A DNA stretch of 64,000 bases from Flectonema sp. DT1601 (lineage: Eukaryota): contig OZ025784.1 of the NCBI GenBank assembly GCA_964019425.1, positions 1,674,001 through 1,738,000 on the forward strand, given 5' to 3'. This document shows, in pieces, positions 24,473-35,789 of this stretch (positions within the stretch are counted from its first letter, which is position 1; each line of letters begins with the position of its first letter). The notes beneath the pieces were generated by a model that was given only the letters and a program-made list of their open reading frames with translations, had not been told where the DNA came from and made no database searches. A program made the position numbers and the translations under genes.

Positions 24473-27400
24473 ATGGGGAGAACCGTCGCACATGGCAGCC
24501 AACGACGGTTCAGTGAAGCTCTCGTTTCGGTAACACCAAATAAGTTGACAGCTTTTATCCCCAAGATGGTTGGTTTACTGTTGAATCGGAAAGACGGTCC
24601 TGTAGATGGGCTTCACCAGTTCACTTCCTCGATGTTGTTTGTCGATGTGTCGGGGTTTTCAGATGCTGCGAGTAAGTTGCATGCGATGAGTAATGACGGG
24701 GCAGAGTTAATTTCATTTCATTTAAATAAATATTTCAGTTCAATAATTGACATCATTCACGAACACGGTGGTGACATCGTTCTATTCAGTGGAGATGCGA
24801 TAATGGTATCATGGTGGCAACTAAGTGATGATTTGACTGATTCAAATGTACTACTCGACTCTCAGATAGCAATCAGATGCGCAGTGTCCCTTCTTAAGAA
24901 TGCTGGCTCTTATAAAATTGAAATCGACAGCACTGACGTCGCAGAAATGGGACTCCACATCGGACTCTCACAAGGAGAAGTCTTTCTGTCAATATTTGGC
25001 GGGTCTGCTCCGCGATCATCAGGTCGATGGAAATATCTTCTCCACGGCCCTCCAATTCACCACTTAGGACTTGCTGTTGATGTTGGTAAGAATGGTCAGT
25101 TGATAATCAGTCAATCGATAATGGATAAAATTAGAAACAGTGACACTAATCTCAGTGGTACGTGGATAACTCATTCGGAGGAAGACTTCTTTTTATTTGA
25201 AGGTATCGAAGGCGGGTTATCTGAAGCAATCACAAATCGGATTCAGGTGTCCAGAGAACTGGAAACACTGCAACCGGAAGTTGATTCGCAGTTGTCTGAC
25301 GTTCAGTTGATTTCATCTTTTACATTTGATACTTTAATATTATCAGCTAATTCAGCAGGACAACTAAGAACTGTGTCAGTAGTCTTCATTAGACTGTGTA
25401 AGGCTAAATCACCCCTCGAGTCGATTGAAAAGTTCCACGAGACTCTCTCTGAAGCCGTTGCAATAATTCAACGAAACCTCACTCGAGTTGATGGAATTCT
25501 TAACAAAGTTGTGATGGACGACAAAGGTGTTCATTGTCTTTGTTTGTTTGGTATTCCCCACCACTGCCACACTGATGACGCAGAGCGCAGTGTAATTTTT
25601 GCCTTAAAAATGAGTTTGAAGCTGGCAAAGTTACTGGGGCACACTTCCATTGGTATCGGGCGAGCTGTAGTCTATTGTGGTATGACTGGATCATCTAAGA
25701 GAGCAGAGTACACCGTTTTAGGTGATGGTGTTAATATAGCAGCCAGACTAATGACTAGACCATTAGAACAAGGATTGGATAGGAAGAAGAGAAGTTTACT
25801 CTGCGCACAAGAAACTGTTGCATCGGTGAGACAGGGAAGACGTAAACTTCCAATCGTGTTTGTTCCGGCAGGAGATTATTTTATGAAAGGAAAAGACAAA
25901 CCAGTAACATGCTATCAAGTGTATTCAGAGTCTGATGTCAAGGGTGTTACTAATTCAGTTAAATCTGAAGGCATTCCAGGTGAGACTGATTCACCAGTTT
26001 CTTCATCTTACTCCAGTCTCAGTTCCTGTTCATCTCTCGGTAGTATTTGGTCTGTTGGTAGTCGTCTCTCTGTTGCATCCGGATCGAGTTCTAAAAGGTG
26101 TTCTCGTTTTGAGTCAAAAGGTAAATTAACATCTGTGATGCCATTTGCTTCTCTTTCTGCCCCGTGTAGTCCGAAGTCCAATGACGGAGGAGGGTTCTTC
26201 CGCAACGCAATAAAATCAGATCTCGGAGATTCTATTCAGAGGTCTCTTGAAGGAAGTGAAATCTACTGCAGGACTGAAGAGCTTTCGATAATTCGCTCTT
26301 TTTGTGAATCTCTCAGACCACCTCAGCTAACTGGTCGGTCTTCAGGAGACTCTCCAAACAGTGAAGGAGTTTGTTTGGTAATTGCTGGAGGGCATAGATC
26401 AGGTAAAAGTCTTTTATTACATCGTGCTAAAGGTTTACTGCAACACCCATCGGGTTCTTTGACTCTCGTTTGTGGGATTGAAAATGGTCAGAATATGCAA
26501 TTCGGAGCTCTGCAATCTCTTACTCACAGTTTGGTGTCTGGAATGGACTCGTTGGGTACTCAACGGAGTAAGAAAGAATTACAAGTTCTGTCATTCGTAA
26601 TTCAACACAATATACTACTTGAGCCTTCTGAAGAACAAAAGATAATGTCGTTGGATCACTTACTTGAAGAGATAGCTGAGATTATCCTTGAACTACTACT
26701 TCAACAAGTATCAACAACTCCAATACTAATCGTTGATGATGTACATTGGGTTGACCCAGCATCATTATATTTATTACTTCAATTAAAGAAATTTGGAGTC
26801 TCATGTCTCTTCGCTGGAAGATCAGAAGTCTTTGAAGCAGCAGATCTTCAGAAACACTTGAGAAGTGCTGTTCCTTCAGGTGCTCACTCTAAAGGAAGTC
26901 AAACATCTACTGACAGCGATCTTGAAGGGGTTCGCTTACCAGGTGATGTCAGTGAATTATTTCGTTCAAATAATAATTCACTTTCCACTTTACGATATGT
27001 TACTAGAGTTGATTTGAATCCATTCTCACAAAAATCACAGACTGAGCTTTTAACTATTCTTCTTAACGCGATACCAGAACCCAGTCTGTTTGATAAGATT
27101 TCTGAGAAGTCAGGGGGAGTGCCTGGTTTTATTGTCGCTACTTTATCACATTTGACTGAGGAGAATGTTTTGTCTGTTGAAAACGGAGTAGCGGTACTGA
27201 CTGACAGCTATTCGATAACAGAACAACTCGTTCATTACATCCCCGGCTATGAAGCAACTGTGTACCGGGAATTGGATGCTCTGCCTGCACCCGTCGAGAA
27301 AACACTTCACGTCTGTAGCATTTTGGGATCCTCTTTTGATAAAGTAGTACTCAAAGACTGTCTGTTACAGTTACCAACAACAAAAGGAAACCCTGAAGGC

Positions 27401-29032
27401 CACATATCACATCTTTTGAGTGCGAAGTTATTAGTCCGCGTCGATAATAATTCCAGAGAGAAGTTAGCTTTCGATCATCCATTGTCTAGAGATGCTGTGT
27501 ACCTGGCGATACTGTCCCAGGATAGAAGAGATCTTCATTTAATGGTTGAGAAGGTTATTGGTATTTTTGCAGCGAAGTCATCTGGTTTTGCTAGAAGTAG
27601 AATTCTCCATCTGCTGCAGTCATCAGTTCTGGCAGCAGATATTCCTGTTGAAGTAGCGACAGCTGCTTTTGAAGAATCGATTCTGGAAGATGACTATCAG
27701 ACAGCTATTCGAATTCTTCCATTCATACCACTCGGGTCTAGACCTGTTCATATTCGTCACTACTTGGAGGCAGTCTGTTTTTTTGAGATGTCCAATTATT
27801 CAGCCGCTCAATTCTGTCTTCGAAAGCTCAACTCAACAATAACAGAAGATCTTAATACTTGGTACTCAAAAGAACAAGTAAAGAGTTCTCTTTTTGATTG
27901 CTGTTGGAAGTCAAGCGCTGTTGAAGAACCAGAGCTGTCTAGTCCAGGGAAGTTATCAGACGCTGCGTCATTAATACATCATCGTGTTAGTATTCTTTCT
28001 AAAGAAATTGAATATATGACTCACGGTAGGCTTGATTCAGCAAGCAAATCTCACTTTACGACAAGAAAGAAGGTGAACAACGGGATCGCCAAGTCTCCTA
28101 TTTCAATGCAGATCTCATTATCGAAGAATATCGATGAGTTGATGTCGGATCTTATTGTTGACAGGACGTCAAATGTTGATCACTTTTCTATATTACCATT
28201 AATTCATAGACCAAGACTTAGTGTCAGACTTATACAGAAAGTATTTCAGTGTATTACTGCGGCAATGTTTGGAAACAAAGTAGCGATAATGACTTCTCTC
28301 CATTACTTAGAATCAAACGTCAACGGAGGAAAGCACTGGGCGATGATCTCATTACAGTTGAGAAGTATCCTCAGTCGGTTTTATGTTATTGATAAGAAGT
28401 CTCCAAAGAACGATGCGGAATTACAGAGCCCAGCATCAGGTTGGCTGAAAGATGAACCGTTGGTATCCCCGACTCTTACAAACTCATACGTGAAGGCATC
28501 TGATAATATTATACTCTCAACACTGCAGGCTGTTTCTCAAACATCTATCTCAGATTCTATTGAGGTTGTGATGGAGAATTGCGACACCAAAAGCAATGCT
28601 GCCCTCTGCGGCATCGTTGCCATGAATTTATGTGAGCGGCTAACACCAAACCCCCCATTGCTTAATAGGGCTGTCTCTGTTTTGAAAAAGATTGCTGAAA
28701 AGGAATCTCTCTTTGCTCCCGCCGCCCTTCTCTATGACGCCATTTCTCAACCTCAGCCACAACAAAGAGAGTTATTATTGAAGTGTTGTTCTGCATGTGA
28801 GGCTATTCCACAATTGCTTGAGGGTCCTATTTTCTGGAAGGCCCGCTGTGTGCTCGTTTCTGAATCGATTTCTGATGAGATAATCCAGAGGCTGCCACCC
28901 AACTACCGCCCCCCTTCATCAAATAGTGAGGAGGGACACCATCAGATGGTCGCACAGCTATCGCGTGAAAAAAACTCCAAAGGGTTTAGCCTTCGTGAAA
29001 TAGTTGATCCCGTAGTGTTGGATATGACCTGA
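24473..29032 (+). CDS. Soluble adenylyl cyclase (ADCY10/sAC)-like protein: two class III cyclase domains, STAND-type P-loop domain, helical C-terminus
   Basis: FVDVSGF, FSGDA, DDKG, YTVLGDGVNIAARLM; P-loop GGHRSGKS; Walker B LIVDDVHW. First ATG at 24473. Confidence 0.88.
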   Translation: MGRTVAHGSQRRFSEALVSVTPNKLTAFIPKMVGLLLNRKDGPVDGLHQFTSSMLFVDVSGFSDAASKLHAMSNDGAELISFHLNKYFSSIIDIIHEHGGDIVLFSGDAIMVSWWQLSDDLTDSNVLLDSQIAIRCAVSLLKNAGSYKIEIDSTDVAEMGLHIGLSQGEVFLSIFGGSAPRSSGRWKYLLHGPPIHHLGLAVDVGKNGQLIISQSIMDKIRNSDTNLSGTWITHSEEDFFLFEGIEGGLSEAITNRIQVSRELETLQPEVDSQLSDVQLISSFTFDTLILSANSAGQLRTVSVVFIRLCKAKSPLESIEKFHETLSEAVAIIQRNLTRVDGILNKVVMDDKGVHCLCLFGIPHHCHTDDAERSVIFALKMSLKLAKLLGHTSIGIGRAVVYCGMTGSSKRAEYTVLGDGVNIAARLMTRPLEQGLDRKKRSLLCAQETVASVRQGRRKLPIVFVPAGDYFMKGKDKPVTCYQVYSESDVKGVTNSVKSEGIPGETDSPVSSSYSSLSSCSSLGSIWSVGSRLSVASGSSSKRCSRFESKGKLTSVMPFASLSAPCSPKSNDGGGFFRNAIKSDLGDSIQRSLEGSEIYCRTEELSIIRSFCESLRPPQLTGRSSGDSPNSEGVCLVIAGGHRSGKSLLLHRAKGLLQHPSGSLTLVCGIENGQNMQFGALQSLTHSLVSGMDSLGTQRSKKELQVLSFVIQHNILLEPSEEQKIMSLDHLLEEIAEIILELLLQQVSTTPILIVDDVHWVDPASLYLLLQLKKFGVSCLFAGRSEVFEAADLQKHLRSAVPSGAHSKGSQTSTDSDLEGVRLPGDVSELFRSNNNSLSTLRYVTRVDLNPFSQKSQTELLTILLNAIPEPSLFDKISEKSGGVPGFIVATLSHLTEENVLSVENGVAVLTDSYSITEQLVHYIPGYEATVYRELDALPAPVEKTLHVCSILGSSFDKVVLKDCLLQLPTTKGNPEGHISHLLSAKLLVRVDNNSREKLAFDHPLSRDAVYLAILSQDRRDLHLMVEKVIGIFAAKSSGFARSRILHLLQSSVLAADIPVEVATAAFEESILEDDYQTAIRILPFIPLGSRPVHIRHYLEAVCFFEMSNYSAAQFCLRKLNSTITEDLNTWYSKEQVKSSLFDCCWKSSAVEEPELSSPGKLSDAASLIHHRVSILSKEIEYMTHGRLDSASKSHFTTRKKVNNGIAKSPISMQISLSKNIDELMSDLIVDRTSNVDHFSILPLIHRPRLSVRLIQKVFQCITAAMFGNKVAIMTSLHYLESNVNGGKHWAMISLQLRSILSRFYVIDKKSPKNDAELQSPASGWLKDEPLVSPTLTNSYVKASDNIILSTLQAVSQTSISDSIEVVMENCDTKSNAALCGIVAMNLCERLTPNPPLLNRAVSVLKKIAEKESLFAPAALLYDAISQPQPQQRELLLKCCSACEAIPQLLEGPIFWKARCVLVSESISDEIIQRLPPNYRPPSSNSEEGHHQMVAQLSREKNSKGFSLREIVDPVVLDMT

Positions 29033-30879
29033 GGAGGATTATATCTGCTGCTGAAAAATTATGTCAGCGCGCACAGATATTGTGGTATTTCAATCAGCTT
29101 CAACAATCAAGGTCAGGTATTCACTTAGTACGATTAACCCACACTTGTAATTACTTTACTGCTGCTCTAATGAATAGTAAGACTGACTTCATTATTGATG
29201 ATGCTCTTGTACATCTTTAATTCAATAGAAGTATTGATCTCTGTCATCGTATTAGTGATGGGGTAGGGTAGGGTAGAGTAGAGTAGAGTAGAGTTAAGTA
29301 AGTAGTATTAGCTTAGTGGATCAGCTGTAATCTTTTGATCTTTATCGGAGCTTTTTTTTTTTTTTTTTTTTGTTATTGTGTCATTCGTTGGGTTATTGTT
29401 CTTTCTCTTCCCACCTGTTTCCTCAAATTTGCTAACTACACAGACCCACGCTGGGTGCATGTGCCCCAATTTGTGTGACAGACTTGTTGACAAGCTCACA
29501 ACATACACATTGTGACGCTGTGTGTCTCAATGAGAATGGACATGTTTGATAGTTTGTATGAAATAGCTGAAGAGTAGAAAAGTTTTATATATTTTGTCTG
29601 TCAATCTTTTCCCCCCTTTTTTTTGTTTTTTTTCCTTAGCTGCGGAATGATGTTCTTCGCCAAGTCGTCATCTCTCTTGTGGAAAACTTTAAATCTCTCA
29701 ATCAATTCTTGACTCGCATATTTAATTTCATCGTTTCTGAAATGTAATTTACTTCACTTCTGTCACTACATTGTTTGCTGCTGTTCTTTTCGCAGCTCTG
29801 TAGAAAAAGGTTTCACGGGCCTGTTAGCAGAAAGGACTCAGGAACGTAGGGTTTATAAATTGCATTAACGGTAGCAGAGACAATATTCTATAAAAAAAAA
29901 AAGAAAAAGAGAACCCATTCTCTGTTGTTGTTGTTTCCGTTACTTGCAAGGCATGCACATAATCTTGTTGTCTCCACTTCGTCTTCTCTTTTTAACTAAT
30001 TTCAGATCATTCTTATTCCCTTTTATGTTTTGTTTGTATTTATTTCTTTTTGCGAGAGTTATTTTATTTTTACGCATCTCTGATGCGTTACATATTAACA
30101 GTTCTTATCGTGATTATTGTATTGGTGTCTTTATGTTATGTAATGGCCACAGGATTTCCTCTAAAAGCCTCTTAGTTTACTTCAATGTGGATTCAGAGAA
30201 GCGTGTGAGGTATTCTTTTTTGTTTTTGCTGTCGGCATTACCCAAACATAACTCGTAGCAACGTTAGTGATTTTATTTAAAATCTCTTTTTTTTTTTTTT
30301 TTTGAAGGAGGCGCACAGAGTTAGTTAAGAACTGTTATAAATAGAAACAAGTATCGTCAGACGACGGGTCGCTTTGTATATCAAACACTGTGTGAAGTAC
30401 TTTATTAACAATAAGACTTACAGCTGGTCAAGTTGAGTGAACTGATTTTTATAATTCAGACGAAGATGAAAACGGAGATCATGTCATCCGTTCTCTGTAC
30501 TTTTCGTATTGTCAGTTCTTGTCCAGCCATGCGGCTTTCCAGCTGCGTTGATCTGTCATTTTTGGTAAAGTGATTTGTCTGCTTGTCATAACATCACTCG
30601 CAAGCTTTCACGGAGTCTGCAGCGTTTACACAAATGCAACTCGAAAACAACAACTTGACCGTCAGTTTAGTTTTTTATCATTTTCAGAAGATGAAAATGT
30701 TTGGGAAAAAAAAAAAAAAAAAAAAAAAACCGAAGTATTCACATCATCTCTTTATTAACTTCAACAGGAAAATAATAAATCTAAATCACCTGATGTGAGT
30801 TGATGAATGAGAAGTGTTTCTTAAATTATTTATTTACAGAATCCAACCCCACAATTTGAGTGGCGGTTGAGTTATCAAA

Positions 30880-33800
30880 ATGACGTCTGTAGCTTCGCCG
30901 TCAATCCGGAGTAGCTCACCTTTGTCAGCACAAAAACTTCGTGAGATCGTTTCAATGAACCCAGAAAACGGATTAAGTTACATTTGTTGGGAACATCTAC
31001 CGGCTGATATCAGACCAAACTTCGCATCATTTTTTAAGGGAGAGCAATCTAAAGTAATTTATTACTTTACTGTTCTCAATAAGATCTCAAGAAAGATTTT
31101 ACCCAAAGAACGAGTACTAATGGTCACACACAATGCTATTTACATTAACGAAGTCTCTACAGGGAACGTGACGAGATGTATAGCAGTTCAAGATATAAAA
31201 TGCATCCATGTCACTGCTGACTTACTACTGGGAATTGAAGTACCAAGTCAATTTGACTTGTTAGTGTCTGTTAATGAAGCACAGAAGAAAGCTCTTACTG
31301 TTGATGTGTTACCAGTTGTATTTCAACATGTTACGAGGAAGACATTGTTGGTAAATAAACTCAGTAAGACACAAAAAATTAAAAATATATTAAATCTCAA
31401 GAAGCCGAAGGGGTGGCGGAATGAATTAGCTCCAGTGATGAGACGAATCGACAGCGTGAAGTCCAGCAGTCCAGCAAGATCACGAGCAGCAAGTATATCA
31501 ACTTATCAAGGAACTCAATCTCCATATACTCCTGTTATGAGTTCCCCAGGAGGAGTATATGTTAGTCAGCAGCAACAACTAGAACCCGATTTATATGATC
31601 TTGAAATCGATGGTATAATCATTCAAGTTAAACCTCGTCAGATATGTGCTATCAAGGATGCTCAAGTTGCTGATGAAATATTTTGTAAGAAGTACGGAGA
31701 AGAAGGAATCATTCGATCCATAAACGACTCTGGTACTGAGTACTCTCTTCAACTAAAATCAGCTGGCTTCTCTGATGTCGTTATAGTGACGAAGGAAGAG
31801 TTAGGACTCGGCATTAAAGTTGGGGCAGTTGTCAAAACTGCGGAGCCAATCCGAAACCCAAATAACGGTCAGCAGTACCCGATAGGTACTGTGGGTCTTG
31901 TGAAGTGTGTTTCTAATAAAAATAGATTCTCACCACAAGAAGTACAACAACCAGTTCTCCCAACTCCAACTACCACACCACCGGTTCCAAGTGTAAAGAA
32001 AGCAATCGAAGTCGAAGTAAGCACACCTCCGATATCACCAACTCATACGGAGCCTCCGTCAGGTGAAGTGTTGGAGTACTCTGAAGGAGATGCTGTTGAA
32101 GTCTTTGACGTCGAAGATTGGAGACCAGCTACTGTTGTGGCAACAGATGAGGATGCTTATCTAGTTCAGTTAGATTCTGGAGTTCAGTACCACGTAAATG
32201 CGAATAATGCGAGTGAGTTTTTGAGAAAGCCTATTGCAGCTGTCGCTTCTTCACCACGGCGGCAACAACAGCAGCATCAACAACGAGAAGCCTCCTGTTC
32301 TCCAATAAAGCCTCCTGTCATCCGTCAGTCTATTGAAGAACAACTCCCAAAACTCGATGAAATGCAAATTAGAGACATGCCCAGTGTCAGTGTTCCTGCA
32401 TCGTCACTTGCGGAACCCACTAGAAATAGAGAAGCATCTCACAACGGAAGAAAGACTCGACAGGTACAAAGCAGCAGTCTCGCAAGTAGTGTTGTTGATG
32501 TTCCAGTTTATATGAACTTACCAGACTTGATTGATGGATTACCTACTTTTGATATTTTAGATTCTGGAGCGCCACGGATGAGCAGCAGCAGTCCCGTTCA
32601 TGTTATGGTGCAGCAGGAAAAGGCTCCAGACGCTGTTTCACCAGAATTGAGAGCAGTTAGCTGTCAAGCCTCATCTCCTATTGACCAGAGAGACATGTCA
32701 ACATCACCGATTCAGAGTAGGCAGAGTTCTGTTTATAATGTAACTCCCAGAAAGTCTTCACCTCTTCAGTCACTCCCTGAGCTTCCTCCTTCAGCTGACG
32801 AGTCATCGCCTGGAAGGGTTGCTGCTGCCTTGAAGAGCGAAAAGCAACAAACACCTCTTCAGCAATCTCTCATTGAAGTTAATACACTATTCGGTAGTAA
32901 ACCTTCGCCGTCATTACCAAGTAGGGAACCATCACCCAAGTTGGTAGATGTAGAAGGAGAATATGTTTATGATCATATTCCTGTTTCGAGAAGTCCTTCA
33001 CAGAGAGAGAGTCAGCCTTCCGCGTCACCTTCAGCTAGGCAGCCGCAGCAACAACATCAACATTTGTCTTCTCAGCCTCTGGAACAACTTTCTCACCACA
33101 GAGATGACGACGTCGTGTCTGCTGAATTTGCCAGCCGCGTTTTTGAGGAGTGCAATCGACAGATTCGAGATCTTCAACACAAATTAGAAGGACACGAATT
33201 AGATTCTGTTGTCGCTAATTTGATCACAGAAAGAGATGACCTCGTGAGACGTAATAAGGAACTGTTGGAACACCGTCGACTTCGCTCTGGTGACGTATCA
33301 ATTTTCCTCCAACAAAAACTGCTCCTCTCAAAAGAAACATGCGACGCCTTTGCAGGAGTTACTTACAACGAAGTTTGTGATTATTCCCGGGAAGATTTCC
33401 TTCGCAGGGTGGGGAGTGATCAAGCGGCAGACATGCTTTTTAAGTATTTCAACGACACTTCTACAACCAGCAAGTCAGTTGAACCATCCCGTGTGGAGTT
33501 GTTAGATACTGAAACGTTTGCATGGGTTTTAGGAACTCGTCATCACCTGGTTGAAGATATAATTAGAATGTATGAAGACTGTCAGAGAGCAACTCACAAA
33601 GTGACTCTCTTAAAGAAACATTTAAAGAAAGGATCTAACCCGGCAACTATCGATAGGGTAGTCTCAACTGAGAGACTTGTAGTGGGTCTGCAGCATTCGA
33701 TGAAGGAAATAGTGTGCAACAAACTACTTCCTAAAGAGAAGTGGGACTTTGGTTTAGCTTCCCATCCGAGGACGAATCAAATAATTGTGCCGCAGGGAAT

Positions 33801-34074
33801 GCTTTCTGACTTCGAACAGACTGTTCTTAAAAAGATTGAACCGAGAGAGCTTTCTATTAACAGACTCGACACTACTGTAAATGAGGTTCTTCGCGCTATG
33901 GACTCGACTCCAAGAAGGATTCGTTCTGCTACTCCTCCATCGAGTAGATTATCAAAGCCACCAACTTCTAGAAGGCGATCCTCTCCTATTGCAGCCTTCG
34001 GCAGAACAAACAACGCGTCAACAGCATCTCGTTCTAGTACTCCAACCTCGCGATACAGAAGCAGTGGTTACTAA
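30880..34074 (+). CDS. Large hypothetical protein: N-terminal PH/TH1-like domain, possible SH3/Tudor-like modules, Ser/Pro-rich region, coiled coil
   Basis: 1064-aa ORF. KERVLMVTHNAIY resembles PH/TH1 folds; EGDAVEVFDVEDWRPATVV resembles Tudor/Agenet. Confidence 0.75.
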   Translation: MTSVASPSIRSSSPLSAQKLREIVSMNPENGLSYICWEHLPADIRPNFASFFKGEQSKVIYYFTVLNKISRKILPKERVLMVTHNAIYINEVSTGNVTRCIAVQDIKCIHVTADLLLGIEVPSQFDLLVSVNEAQKKALTVDVLPVVFQHVTRKTLLVNKLSKTQKIKNILNLKKPKGWRNELAPVMRRIDSVKSSSPARSRAASISTYQGTQSPYTPVMSSPGGVYVSQQQQLEPDLYDLEIDGIIIQVKPRQICAIKDAQVADEIFCKKYGEEGIIRSINDSGTEYSLQLKSAGFSDVVIVTKEELGLGIKVGAVVKTAEPIRNPNNGQQYPIGTVGLVKCVSNKNRFSPQEVQQPVLPTPTTTPPVPSVKKAIEVEVSTPPISPTHTEPPSGEVLEYSEGDAVEVFDVEDWRPATVVATDEDAYLVQLDSGVQYHVNANNASEFLRKPIAAVASSPRRQQQQHQQREASCSPIKPPVIRQSIEEQLPKLDEMQIRDMPSVSVPASSLAEPTRNREASHNGRKTRQVQSSSLASSVVDVPVYMNLPDLIDGLPTFDILDSGAPRMSSSSPVHVMVQQEKAPDAVSPELRAVSCQASSPIDQRDMSTSPIQSRQSSVYNVTPRKSSPLQSLPELPPSADESSPGRVAAALKSEKQQTPLQQSLIEVNTLFGSKPSPSLPSREPSPKLVDVEGEYVYDHIPVSRSPSQRESQPSASPSARQPQQQHQHLSSQPLEQLSHHRDDDVVSAEFASRVFEECNRQIRDLQHKLEGHELDSVVANLITERDDLVRRNKELLEHRRLRSGDVSIFLQQKLLLSKETCDAFAGVTYNEVCDYSREDFLRRVGSDQAADMLFKYFNDTSTTSKSVEPSRVELLDTETFAWVLGTRHHLVEDIIRMYEDCQRATHKVTLLKKHLKKGSNPATIDRVVSTERLVVGLQHSMKEIVCNKLLPKEKWDFGLASHPRTNQIIVPQGMLSDFEQTVLKKIEPRELSINRLDTTVNEVLRAMDSTPRRIRSATPPSSRLSKPPTSRRRSSPIAAFGRTNNASTASRSSTPTSRYRSSGY

Positions 34075-34590
34075 ATATTGTTATCGAATACAACTGATGT
34101 GATTAGTGATGGTTTTTATTCTTCTTTTTTAAGTCTGTATTGTGTGGGTCTTTTTTTATTTTATTATTTTCTTTTTTTTTTTTGTAGATGTCCCTCCCAT
34201 CACCCCAAGAGGAGGAGGGGAACAGATTATTCCGACTTCGGAATATTTGATTTTTTTTTTCCTTTAATAATAGTGATTACCTTACTTGATTCGGAGTTAT
34301 TCTTTTGAACCGAATTGATCCTCTTTTATTGTGGTTTTGATGTGTTCCTGAGAATCAAACAGAACACCCTAACTACCTGAGGAACTACCCCTCTCACTGT
34401 ATGGTTGCTGTTCGCAGCCTTGTATGTTTCTATTTACTGTTTTAAACTTCGTCCTTTTTTTTGTTTATCGATTATAACTGTAATTCACAACAAGAGACGT
34501 ATTCACAGAAAATGAGAAGTTAAAAGTAACTCGGTCGCTTTCTACCTCGGGATGACTCCTTTTTCTGTCTTTTTACAGAGTGACACAAAT

Positions 34591-35508
34591 ATGGAAGCCG
34601 GAGCGATTTTAGGTGGCATGTTTCAAGAAGATAGGGTGAAAACAGAACAACCACCGAAAGAGATTAAGTTTGATTTAGAGGAATTCCTATTTAACAATAA
34701 TGAACTAAAAGGTTTGTTTGAGGGAATGGCAGGACTCCCCACGAAAATTGTGAAGGAGTCTCATTTGTTTGGATGGAACGGAAATGATTTTTGCATCCCT
34801 GAAAAGATGCCATCTAAGTCTGCTCGTTCGACAGTCGAAATTCAGAAAGCTGCCCAACTTGCATCACTCATAAGAGATAGTGAATACGAGATAACAGCAT
34901 CTCAGTTAATTTATAAAGTAGCTTCTGAATACATGAGCTGGTCGTACGTACACGCTCATCATGGTGGTTATTTAAAATCCTTTTCAGAATTGTTGTATGA
35001 TGAAGAACAAAGGAAACTATTTGAGGAATGGCCGACTACCAGCCACGTGTCGAGAATATCACAACTTTCCGACTTGCTGTCAAGGTGGGACGACACCCAG
35101 TCAACTATTGAGAGACTAACTCCGCTGAGGGCACTGCTACTGCCAGCCAAGGAATTGATTCCTTGCGGTGAAGACATGCCTCTCATTCCTGCTGCCTATT
35201 TATCTCTGGAAGCGCTTCGTCAGCGTCTTCTTTCTGTGGCCTTATCAGGGAATGATGATTCTCTCAACAACGCCATTCATAACTCACAGAAATATCAGAA
35301 GAAACTTCTCTCTAAGGCCACCGCTGGGGGAGAGTTGTCACGAGAAGAATTAATTCAAAGATTTTTAACAACTTCTGCTGAGGAACACGCGATGGTTGTC
35401 GAGTTGAATCCATCAGAAGTGAGAAATGATAACCTACAGCGACTCTTGGAGTTGGAAACCATTGCAAATGACTTGAGCAGGTCGATTGTTGGAAGTGTTA
35501 CTTGTTGA
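34591..35508 (+). CDS. Hypothetical protein
   Basis: About 305-aa ORF; ATG 34591 follows a polypyrimidine tract and TTTTACAG. Confidence 0.65.
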   Translation: MEAGAILGGMFQEDRVKTEQPPKEIKFDLEEFLFNNNELKGLFEGMAGLPTKIVKESHLFGWNGNDFCIPEKMPSKSARSTVEIQKAAQLASLIRDSEYEITASQLIYKVASEYMSWSYVHAHHGGYLKSFSELLYDEEQRKLFEEWPTTSHVSRISQLSDLLSRWDDTQSTIERLTPLRALLLPAKELIPCGEDMPLIPAAYLSLEALRQRLLSVALSGNDDSLNNAIHNSQKYQKKLLSKATAGGELSREELIQRFLTTSAEEHAMVVELNPSEVRNDNLQRLLELETIANDLSRSIVGSVTC

Positions 35509-35789
35509 GTGAGGTCTTGTTGTGAATACTTATATGTGTTTACAATAAGTCTTAATTGTGTACCTGTGAGAAGACTAACCAACGCATTACTATTGCAATC
35601 TATCTTAATCTGTCGATCCATTTTTTAACTAATAAATGCAGCGAATGAATAATAATGTCGTCAGTTAATTTACTTTTCCCACAAACAGATTTATGACAAG
35701 GTTTGAAGAAGAAGTACCACTTCACGTCGTAATCAATCGGAAATAAATAAATATTCTCTCTCTTCTCTCTCTCCAGCGTAAGATACAAA

